A DNA stretch of 64,000 bases from Lentisphaerota bacterium (GTDB taxonomy: Bacteria > Verrucomicrobiota > Lentisphaeria > Victivallales > Victivallaceae): positions 64,940 through 128,939 of the forward strand of contig SUVX01000001.1 in NCBI GenBank assembly GCA_015061725.1. The letters run 5' to 3'. Below, one piece after another: positions 29,477 through 37,984 of the stretch. The notes beneath the pieces were generated by a model that worked only from the letters and a program-made list of their open reading frames with translations, was not told where the DNA came from and did no database searches. The position numbers were made by a program, and so were the translations under genes. Position 1 is the stretch's first letter. Each line of letters opens with the position of its first letter.

Positions 29477-32440
29477 TCAGTCAGCATACTTTAAAACTTT
29501 CAGTTTTGTATCATCAAAACCGTTTGTGATCCCCTCTGAAAAATCCAGATGATACGGTGCGGATTTCATCGTCTTCCAGTTATTGTTAAAAATAACAAAG
29601 CCAAAACGTGTTGCTTTTCCGCCGATGGCACTCCACGGAATGGCTGCTTCGTAAAAAGTCTCATTGCCTTTGCGGGTAACGCGGGCAGGATAAGTTTTGA
29701 GTCCGCATTCTTTTCCGAGATATTTGACGAGCTGCGTACCATGCGCCGTTAAAGCCAAACCGAAATTGTATTCAAAAACAGGTTTTCCGCCGGTTGCGGA
29801 CTCCTTTATGCCCTCGTGCGACAAAACAAATTGGATACTGTCATCTTTCCACAGCTCAAGAGCCGCCTGCCGCTGCAAATGCACCGGGTCATCAACTTTG
29901 ACTGCAAGATAAAAATTATTATCGTCATACGCCGTCCAGTACCGGGCAGAAATATTGTGTCCGTTGGGATTGAAACTGGTCTTGAAATAACGCCTTTCAG
30001 GTTGAAGAGCCTCTGCGGGATGGATGTGATCCGGATACTTGAGCAATCCGCTTTTCAAATTGGTCAGCCACTTGCCGGAACCGTCAAATACTGGCCGGGA
30101 TTTGATTTTGGGAACAGTGTAAAAATCGACTTTGGAAAGTTCAACAGCATATTCGCGTCCATCCGGAGCAATCAATTTGCCGTTTCCGGCCACTTTTGCA
30201 GAAACAACCGTCGTTTTTCCGGGAAAGACTTTGACTGTTTTTTCTGCCTGCCCCGGAAGTTTCAATTTACATTCGCGGGTAAGAGCGGCAAAACTCTGGA
30301 TATAAACAGTGTCAGAAGTCGCTGAACATTTAAATTCCGGAGAATTGTTCAACACCGCCTTTGTCACCAAAGCAACCGCCTGAGCCGGAGACATCTTAAC
30401 ATTAAGATAAACCGGGGCTTTTCCAATCACAAGATTTTTTACCGGAATGGAGCGTCCATACATATTGATCCCACGGGTTCCGGAAGGGAAATCGCAGACA
30501 AATTTCTGCTCCCGGGCAATATTCCAAAGTGTGATCAAAACAGAGCCATCCGGCTTTTTAAAGAGATAACTGTAAATGTTGCCGCTTTTGATCTCCGCAA
30601 GAGACTTTGCAAAGGAAAGCTCTCCGGCGGCCGTTGCATACATTGCTCCGCCCGGCTGCAGGATATCATACCATCTTTTGCCCCAATATACAGGCTTCCA
30701 AATCGTGGTCATACACACAGCATCATCTTTGGGGTCAATCAAGCGGATGTGATGATATGTCGGCATGTGCAGTTCAAAACGGCTGACAGGCGCATAACGG
30801 GTAATAATCATGGTGCGGGCGGTAAGATATGCCTGTTCAACGGCAAGACCTTTATCAAAACGCGCACCGTAATTGATGGCGTAACCGGTTTCATCATTGC
30901 GGATAAACTTACCTTTGCCCAGAGAGGCTGACAGATTTGATGCCGCATTGTAGAAATTCATCAAATTCAATTCCGGAATGGAATGCCGACCAAGTCTCAT
31001 ATCCCAGTTTCCGGTATAGGCATCAATGGCGTATTCATCAAAATCATTCACCAGATCGCCCATGACGATGCGTTCGACAGTTTCGGTGTATTCCTGACGG
31101 TTATTGCCGCCGACAATGATTTTCATTCCCGGATCAACCGCTTTCAGTGCCCGGCTGATCATGCGGGCGCGAACCATCATATTGAACATTGCCTCCGTCC
31201 AGGTGGAACACAGCGTTTTTGAACTCCCGCCGATCGCATTAGTGGGAATCTCACAACCGATGATCCATTCGCGGATCCTTCCTTTGGTTTTCGAGTGGAT
31301 ATTTTTCACACAATCAAGCAACTGTTTCAGTACAGGATCGGACATGAGCGGCCAGCCGGCCTTGAGTTCTTCTTTGTTTCTGAAAGATGAATGCAAAGAA
31401 CATCCCACTGCAATTGCAAGCTGAAGATCGGGATCATCAAGAAACGGTTTATTGAAATTCACAAAACGCGCAGCAAAGTCTTCTGCGGATAAACGCATCA
31501 AATCCGGTTGCTGAAAATTGTGACTTTTCAAAACAATCGAACCGCCGCCGACACGCTTTATCCCCTTAATTATATCAGAGGTTGCGCCGTAACTGTATTG
31601 AAAAAACGGGTCAAGTTTTTTTAACGGCACATTTACAGCAAAAGCACTCTGAAGTTCATACACTTTTTTCCCGGAAGAAAAAAGCTCTGCTTCAATGATA
31701 TAATATCCGGCTTTCTGTTTGGGAAGAGTAAAGTTCTCTTCATATTTTTTCGCAGAAGAACTGTACACTTTTTTTCCGCTTTCGTCTTTGACAGAAAGAG
31801 TGTAAGTCAAATCGCGTACGGTACTGTCTATCAGAAAACGGCACCCAATTGTTTCATCAGGCGTGAAAAAACCAAAGGTTCCACCGGGAATAATTGCCGC
31901 TTTTTTTACAATATTCCCGTAAGATTTACGGAAAAAACTGTTGCCCGAATTGCTTTGGATTTTAACAATTTTCAAATCATCAAACCAGACAGTTCCCTGA
32001 CAGGTCAGAATCGGCATAACAGTCACTTTATTGCTCTTGAAAAAAGAACTTTTTAATCTGCGGGTACACTTTGTCCAATCAAAACTGCCCTGCTGCGGCA
32101 GATATTTCGGATCGGCGGTGACGGCAAAAAAATTCTTTCCGTCAGTTAAACGCAGCAATGCGCCTTTATATTTCCCGCCTTTGACATTTTGTGCTTTGAT
32201 GTAAACAGAAACTTCGTATTCTGCTCCGGGTTCCAGTTTGATGACTTTTGAAACACTGGCAGCATTGACAAGTTTTAAAGAACCGCCTGCTGAAATTTTT
32301 TCTGAAAAATCAAAGTAAACGGCTCTATTGTTCTTAATCCAGCCCGGCAAACCTTTTCTGAAAGAAAAATCAGAATCAGCTGCAAAGACATAAAAAGCAA
32401 CAAACAAACATAAAAACAGAAAAATATTTTTCATTTTCAA
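29477..32440 (-). CDS. exported 987-aa multidomain protein (N-terminal CBM4_9-like, central possible TIM-barrel glycosidase-like region, C-terminal CBM9/DOMON-like)
   Basis: Signal peptide MKMKNIFLFLCLFVAFYVFA. N-domain with GSFDWT...VWFDDLKI. C-domain with ARYWTAYDDNNFYLAVKVDDPVH...WKDDSIQFVL. The central region has candidate catalytic EIP/ETGY Glu contexts, but I cannot assign a family. Confidence 0.6.
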   Translation of the reverse strand: MKMKNIFLFLCLFVAFYVFAADSDFSFRKGLPGWIKNNRAVYFDFSEKISAGGSLKLVNAASVSKVIKLEPGAEYEVSVYIKAQNVKGGKYKGALLRLTDGKNFFAVTADPKYLPQQGSFDWTKCTRRLKSSFFKSNKVTVMPILTCQGTVWFDDLKIVKIQSNSGNSFFRKSYGNIVKKAAIIPGGTFGFFTPDETIGCRFLIDSTVRDLTYTLSVKDESGKKVYSSSAKKYEENFTLPKQKAGYYIIEAELFSSGKKVYELQSAFAVNVPLKKLDPFFQYSYGATSDIIKGIKRVGGGSIVLKSHNFQQPDLMRLSAEDFAARFVNFNKPFLDDPDLQLAIAVGCSLHSSFRNKEELKAGWPLMSDPVLKQLLDCVKNIHSKTKGRIREWIIGCEIPTNAIGGSSKTLCSTWTEAMFNMMVRARMISRALKAVDPGMKIIVGGNNRQEYTETVERIVMGDLVNDFDEYAIDAYTGNWDMRLGRHSIPELNLMNFYNAASNLSASLGKGKFIRNDETGYAINYGARFDKGLAVEQAYLTARTMIITRYAPVSRFELHMPTYHHIRLIDPKDDAVCMTTIWKPVYWGKRWYDILQPGGAMYATAAGELSFAKSLAEIKSGNIYSYLFKKPDGSVLITLWNIAREQKFVCDFPSGTRGINMYGRSIPVKNLVIGKAPVYLNVKMSPAQAVALVTKAVLNNSPEFKCSATSDTVYIQSFAALTRECKLKLPGQAEKTVKVFPGKTTVVSAKVAGNGKLIAPDGREYAVELSKVDFYTVPKIKSRPVFDGSGKWLTNLKSGLLKYPDHIHPAEALQPERRYFKTSFNPNGHNISARYWTAYDDNNFYLAVKVDDPVHLQRQAALELWKDDSIQFVLSHEGIKESATGGKPVFEYNFGLALTAHGTQLVKYLGKECGLKTYPARVTRKGNETFYEAAIPWSAIGGKATRFGFVIFNNNWKTMKSAPYHLDFSEGITNGFDDTKLKVLKYAD

Positions 32441-32452
32441 TTCTGCCGCAGG

Positions 32453-33247
32453 TTATTTTGTCCAGGGATCAGTCATATAATTGACCGGACGGTTATTGAC
32501 GAAACTCACATGACCGTCGATCCAAAGAAAGTTGCTGCCGTCACCGTGTGCGCCATTGATCCCCCACGGCTGCTTATTGTCGGCTACGGAATCTCTGGGC
32601 AGACAATTATCTGTATCAGAGGAAGCACCGAAGTGCATTTTTATTTTCCAGTTATCAGCCAGAAGCGGCAGCGTGGAAAGGGTAAACTTTCTGAGTTCAG
32701 AAATCTTGCTTACTGCCAGTTTGGGATTGGCTGCAGGCTTTTCGTCGCGAATCAGATAATTGGACCCGTAACCTGTCGGCATGGGAAAGTTTTTAAAAGT
32801 CCAGTAATTCACACCGTTAAACGGATTTACCTCAGGAGAAGACGGACACTCAAAATATTTCCGGAACAACGCTCTGCTTTTGGTGGCTCTTGTCGCATGA
32901 TCAGAACCACTGACTTGAGTTGATAATTGAGAGTAAGTCATGTAACACGGCATTCCGGCAGCCGGAGAAGTTACCATAATCAGAGCATAATATTCTTTCG
33001 TATCGCTGCCGCCCACCAGTCTGCCGACATTGGAAACCATATAACCATCACTGCCGTCAACATAAAACTGCCAGAATGTCCCCTGCTGTTTCACTTTGTT
33101 TGTACAATCAATCTTCTTTGCCGTATCACGGGCTTTCTGTAAAGCAGGCATCAGCATTGCCGCTAAAATTGCGATGATGGCAATTACAACCAGCAGTTCA
33201 ATAAGAGTAAATCTGCCGTCACAATTTTTCACAAGTGATTTTTTCAT
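32453..33247 (-). CDS. DUF1559-type protein with a prepilin-like N-terminal methylation/cleavage motif
   Basis: 264 aa. [41 protein letters not shown], with a C-terminal DGHV motif. AGGAAG Shine-Dalgarno. The stop lies 12 nt before the next gene's start. Confidence 0.85.
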   Translation of the reverse strand: MKKSLVKNCDGRFTLIELLVVIAIIAILAAMLMPALQKARDTAKKIDCTNKVKQQGTFWQFYVDGSDGYMVSNVGRLVGGSDTKEYYALIMVTSPAAGMPCYMTYSQLSTQVSGSDHATRATKSRALFRKYFECPSSPEVNPFNGVNYWTFKNFPMPTGYGSNYLIRDEKPAANPKLAVSKISELRKFTLSTLPLLADNWKIKMHFGASSDTDNCLPRDSVADNKQPWGINGAHGDGSNFLWIDGHVSFVNNRPVNYMTDPWTK

Positions 33248-33384
33248 TTTTCTTCCTGTTGTTAATTTTGTTAGTAAAAGATTTCCGGAACAACGCTATC
33301 TTTTTCAACTTTTCCGGCAGCCATCCAGACATCTGCCGAATCTGATTACGGGATTTAAAATAATTTTAAAACTCGTTTTCCACA

Positions 33385-33420
33385 AGGTTGAATCGTAGAA
33401 AATACAAAGGTTAAATCGTA
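33385..33420. promoter_or_regulatory. 14-bp direct repeat, candidate AraC-type operator in the divergent intergenic region
   Basis: AAGGTTGAATCGTA (33385-33398) and AAGGTTAAATCGTA (33407-33420). One mismatch, 22 bp start to start. Lies between the DUF1559 gene and the AraC gene. Confidence 0.3.
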
Positions 33421-33591
33421 CCACCATATGTAAAAATTTTTGCAAAAACTGCCCAATACACTCATTTCAAAGGATAATTTGTTTTAATCATTACAACAAC
33501 TAATCAATTCAGAAACTTGACAAAAAAGTTTTCCGCATCTATCTTATAATGTTTTCACAGACAATATAAACATCAGTACAGAGAATACAGT

Positions 33592-34452
33592 ATGGATTGG
33601 ATTTCTTATGACATTCAAAAAATAGATCGCCTCGGAACTTTTCCTTTCCGGGTAAAAATGCTGTATTTTTCACACCGTCATTCGGTCGGCAACCGTCATG
33701 GATATACGCCGGAAGATATGTTTGAAATCTCCATCCGTTTTGAACCGCAGGAAACAATCTGCACAGATATTATCAACGGGCAGGCGATCAGAGAGACTTT
33801 TCCCAACATGGTATGGAAAAAGCCGGGTGGAAAACATTATTTTCAGATAGCTCACCCCCGCGATGCCATTTCATTCGGTTATCCGGCAGAATCGGAAGAC
33901 GATTTCCGCAAACTCGGACTTTATTCAGACAGAGAAAGTATGTCTTTTTCTGTAACGCCGAAAATTGAACAGCTTGCGGGAGAATTCCGAAAACTCAGCC
34001 TTCAACTTTATACCCCCGGAGTGGCAGATCAGATAGATTGGATATGTTTTCAGCTTTATCGTGAAATATTTTATTCTGATCTGTTGAAATCCGGCGGTCA
34101 GGACGATGCCGAAAAAATCCGCAACATTTCAGTCTGGTTTCAGGTCCATTATTCAGAAACTATCGATTTGGAAAAAATTGCCCGTATCAACGGTTATTCC
34201 CGTTCAGCCTTTTTCAGAAACTGGAAACGTTTTTTTCAGACAACACCGACACAATATCTGCTTGATCTGAAACTTGACGCGGCAACCCGTTTTCTGATAA
34301 ATACCAATCTGCCGATCAATGAAATCGTGCGCGAAATCAACTTCTCCGGCTCTACGGCATTTCACAAGCGTTTTTATCAGCGGTACGGTGTAACCCCGGG
34401 AGAATACCGCCGATTGCATTCAGCGGACAAACTGCCGGAATACAGCCAATAG
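33592..34452 (+). CDS. AraC-family transcriptional regulator
   Basis: 286 aa. C-terminal double HTH (ARINGYSRSAFFRNWKRFFQTTPTQYLLDLKLDAATRFL...INFSGSTAFHKRFYQRYGVTPGEYR). Confidence 0.9.
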   Translation: MDWISYDIQKIDRLGTFPFRVKMLYFSHRHSVGNRHGYTPEDMFEISIRFEPQETICTDIINGQAIRETFPNMVWKKPGGKHYFQIAHPRDAISFGYPAESEDDFRKLGLYSDRESMSFSVTPKIEQLAGEFRKLSLQLYTPGVADQIDWICFQLYREIFYSDLLKSGGQDDAEKIRNISVWFQVHYSETIDLEKIARINGYSRSAFFRNWKRFFQTTPTQYLLDLKLDAATRFLINTNLPINEIVREINFSGSTAFHKRFYQRYGVTPGEYRRLHSADKLPEYSQ

Positions 34453-34633
34453 ATTTTTTCAGGTACGGTTTTATTTTTCGGATTTGTCATTTTCTCAGCC
34501 AAATTCCGTTTTTTGCAAAGAAATCTGCTAAAATCATGCAAAACGGACTTGACAAGCAAAATGACTGTGTTATATGTTATTAATATGTGTGTATGAAGAA
34601 AAATTTTTCAAAATTGAGGATTGAATATATATC

Positions 34634-37132
34634 ATGGCGAAACTTCTGATCGTCGAATCTCCGACCAAAGCCCGGACCATCAGCAGAATGCTCGGTCAGG
34701 GATATGACATTATTGCTTCAATGGGACACATCCGCGATTTGCCGGAAAAGGAACTGGGCGTTGATATTGCCAATAACTTTGCACCGCAGTATGTGGATAC
34801 CCCCCGCAGCCGTCCCGTAGTGCGGACTTTGAAAACCGCTGTAAAAAAAGCGGACGAAATTTATCTTGCCCCCGACCCTGATCGCGAAGGAGAAGCCATT
34901 GCATGGCATTTGAAAAGCGTTCTTGAAAGCGGAACCAAAGCTCCGTTCTACCGGGTGACATTTCACGAAATCACCCGCAATGCCATTGAACAGGCAATGC
35001 AGAACAAAGGTGATATTGATCAGCGTCTTGTTGATGCCCAGCAGGCAAGAAGAGTCCTTGACCGTATCGTCGGTTACCAGGTAAGTCCCCTGCTCTGGCG
35101 CAAACTTGAAAAAGGCAGCAGTGCCGGACGTGTCCAGTCTGCCGCCCTGCGTCTGATTGTTGAAAGGGAAAGAGAAATCCTCTCTTTCATCCCCGAAGAA
35201 TACTGGAACTTTTCTGTCATTTTCGGTACTCAAACCGGAGAACAGTTCCGTTCAAGACTTTTTAAAATCAATGCCAAAGATTTCAAAGTTCCCGATACGG
35301 AATCCGCACAAAAAGTCAAAGCCGCCATTGAGAACGGCAGCAAGCCCTGTATCGCGGATGTTAATCGCCAGCGCCGCAGAAGATTCCCGCAACCGCCATT
35401 TACCACCAGTACGTTGCAGCAGGCGGCGAACTCCCGTTTGCGTTTCACGGCAACTCAAACAATGCGCTACGCCCAGCAGCTTTACGAAGGAGTCGATCTG
35501 GGCGGTTCCGGTCCCGTCGGTCTTATAACCTACATGAGAACGGACTCCGTCACGATTGCAAAAGAAGCGCAGATCGCGGCGGGCAACTTCATCCGCAGAA
35601 CTTACGGCGAACAATATGCTCCCGAAAAGTTCAACTTCTACAAAAATAAAGCCGCTGCTCAGGAGGCTCACGAAGCGATCCGTCCCACCGATGTCACCAG
35701 AACACCTGAAGTTGTTGCGCCCTTCCTTGATCCGGCGCAGCTCAAACTTTATACGATGATCTGGAAACGTTTTGTCGCAAGTCAGATGACGCCTGCACAA
35801 TTTGACCAGACCTCTGTGGATACTGTCGTTCACGGTTCAGACAATTCGGACTACACCTTCCACAGCACGGCGTCTGTCATGGTGTTTCCGGGATTCACCC
35901 AGCTTTATGATGATACGGTCAAATCCAAAGATGAGGAAGATACCCTTCCTGAAAATCTTGCAGTGAATGATCTGCTGGATATCAAAAAGTTCAACAGTGA
36001 ACAGAAATTCACAGAGCCTCCGGCGCGATACACCGAAGCAGCCCTCATTAAAGAGCTTGAAAACAACGGTATCGGACGCCCCTCAACTTACGCAACCATT
36101 CTGCGGACAATTCAGGATAGAGAATACGTCAAACGTGAACAGAATAAACTCTCCCCGACAGAACTGGGATTTTCTGTCAACGATTTTCTCGTCGGCAAAT
36201 TACCGGAATTGTTCAACATCGGCTTCACCGCCCAGATGGAAACCCTGCTTGACAAAGTTGAAGAAGGCGAGATTTCATGGGTCGGCATGATGGCGGATTT
36301 CTATGAAAAATTTGCCCCCTGGCTGAAAGCGGCAAAAGATTCTGATGCCCCTCCGGCAGATGAAGCACAAACGATTATTTCTCTGCTCAAAAATCTCACT
36401 TTTGAACAGCCGAAAAAAGTCGGCAGACGAACCTATGACGACGCAAAATTCTACAATTCCGTTGTGGAAAAATTTGCCTCTGCCGGTAAAATTTCAGCCA
36501 AACAGTACCAGACAATGCTGCAGCTTGCTGCAAAGTATCTGGAACAACTGTCCTCTGATGCTCTGGCTCAACTTCCTGCCAAGATCCGGGAAGAAATTAC
36601 AGAATTAAAAGATGAACAGAAAAAGCGTGAACAGGCTCTGGCTGAATCCTCCGCACAGGCAGCTCAAATTGATTATGCCGGATTGTTCAATGCGTTCAGC
36701 AATGTCACTTTTGATCCGCCGGTGGTCAAGGGCAGATTCACCTATGACGACAAGAAGTTTTTTGAATCGCTGAAAAAACAGGCTCTTGATGGACGCGTAC
36801 TCAGCGAAAAACAAAATGCCTCTTTGAGCAAAATGGCTCAGAAATATCAGGCTCAACTGTCAAATCCTGAACTGGTAAGTTCCATTCTGGGAACAGTTTT
36901 CCAATCTGCTCCGGCGGAAAATTCCGATCAGATCCAGCAGGAAATTTCCGTTCTTCTGGAATCGCTTTCAAAAGTTTCCTCCTGGGAACCGCCTGTCAAA
37001 CGCGGACGTTATACCGCCGATGACAAAAAGTTTTATGAATCTTTGAAAAAGCAGTTCTCCGAAAAGAAAACTCTCAGCGACAAACAGCTTGCCGCCCTGA
37101 AGAAACTGGCGGATAAATACAAAGAGCAATAA
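34634..37132 (+). CDS. topA: DNA topoisomerase I with a Cys-free C-terminal triple repeat
   Basis: 832 aa. TOPRIM LLIVESPTKA, DPDREGE, active-site region ITYMRTDS. The C-terminal ~260 aa lack zinc-ribbon cysteines and hold three G-R-x-T-x-D-D-x-K-F-[YF] repeats. Confidence 0.95.
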   Translation: MAKLLIVESPTKARTISRMLGQGYDIIASMGHIRDLPEKELGVDIANNFAPQYVDTPRSRPVVRTLKTAVKKADEIYLAPDPDREGEAIAWHLKSVLESGTKAPFYRVTFHEITRNAIEQAMQNKGDIDQRLVDAQQARRVLDRIVGYQVSPLLWRKLEKGSSAGRVQSAALRLIVEREREILSFIPEEYWNFSVIFGTQTGEQFRSRLFKINAKDFKVPDTESAQKVKAAIENGSKPCIADVNRQRRRRFPQPPFTTSTLQQAANSRLRFTATQTMRYAQQLYEGVDLGGSGPVGLITYMRTDSVTIAKEAQIAAGNFIRRTYGEQYAPEKFNFYKNKAAAQEAHEAIRPTDVTRTPEVVAPFLDPAQLKLYTMIWKRFVASQMTPAQFDQTSVDTVVHGSDNSDYTFHSTASVMVFPGFTQLYDDTVKSKDEEDTLPENLAVNDLLDIKKFNSEQKFTEPPARYTEAALIKELENNGIGRPSTYATILRTIQDREYVKREQNKLSPTELGFSVNDFLVGKLPELFNIGFTAQMETLLDKVEEGEISWVGMMADFYEKFAPWLKAAKDSDAPPADEAQTIISLLKNLTFEQPKKVGRRTYDDAKFYNSVVEKFASAGKISAKQYQTMLQLAAKYLEQLSSDALAQLPAKIREEITELKDEQKKREQALAESSAQAAQIDYAGLFNAFSNVTFDPPVVKGRFTYDDKKFFESLKKQALDGRVLSEKQNASLSKMAQKYQAQLSNPELVSSILGTVFQSAPAENSDQIQQEISVLLESLSKVSSWEPPVKRGRYTADDKKFYESLKKQFSEKKTLSDKQLAALKKLADKYKEQ

Positions 37133-37135
37133 GCT

Positions 37136-37981
37136 ATGCCTGAAGAAAACACAACAGTTTTACAGGAAGAACTGCCGGAGAAGAAATCTTTGTCCGGCAG
37201 GCTCCTCAAATATGCCGTTGTATTGATTGCGGTGTTGTTGGGTCTTGCCGTTCTGCTGTTTCTGTTCAGAGACAGAATTGTTGAATCGGCAATCCGCCGT
37301 GGCGGAAGTGCTTTAACAGGTACAGAGGTAAAACTTCAGGAGTTTTCGTCTGATCTTTCAGGAATAATCCGTCTGAAAGGTTTTTCAGTCAGCAATCCGC
37401 AGGGATATCCGGCAGACAATGCCGTTGAATTGAATGAATTGTTTGTCCATGTCGATCTGCCGTCTATTTTCAGAAAGAAAAAAATTATCCGGCAGATATC
37501 ACTCCGGGGACTTAAAGTCAATCTTGTGAGTTCTTTCAGTGACACCAATCTCAGCGAGATTCAACGGAATATTCAAAAATTCACATCATCGCCGGAAAAA
37601 GAAACACTGAAAGACGCCGCTGCAACAGAAAATGATCCAGAAGCAGGTATTCTGATTGAGAAGTTTGATTCCGATGATGGAAGAGTCACCTATACTCAAA
37701 CAACAGTCAATCAGCCTGTTACTCTGCTTCTGCCGCCCCTGCGCCTGAAAAATATCGGCGGCTCTTCATTCAAAGAAACAGCTGTTCAAATCGGCTCAAA
37801 AATGTTTTCTTTTATCAACAGCGCTTTCGGCAACGCAGGAAACAGGATTTCAGACACGCTTCGTTCTGCCGGAAAAAATTTGATTCAGGGAACCCAAAAG
37901 ACAGGTTCAGAAATCCGGGAAACCGGCTCAAATCTGCTGAAATCACTTAAAAAAACGATCAACTTCAAGAAGAGGAAATAA
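37136..37981 (+). CDS. membrane-anchored AsmA/DUF748-like protein
   Basis: 281 aa. One N-terminal TM (YAVVLIAVLLGLAVLLFLF), then a beta-rich region resembling AsmA-like N-termini. Weak assignment. Confidence 0.4.
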   Translation: MPEENTTVLQEELPEKKSLSGRLLKYAVVLIAVLLGLAVLLFLFRDRIVESAIRRGGSALTGTEVKLQEFSSDLSGIIRLKGFSVSNPQGYPADNAVELNELFVHVDLPSIFRKKKIIRQISLRGLKVNLVSSFSDTNLSEIQRNIQKFTSSPEKETLKDAAATENDPEAGILIEKFDSDDGRVTYTQTTVNQPVTLLLPPLRLKNIGGSSFKETAVQIGSKMFSFINSAFGNAGNRISDTLRSAGKNLIQGTQKTGSEIRETGSNLLKSLKKTINFKKRK

Positions 37982-37984
37982 ATC

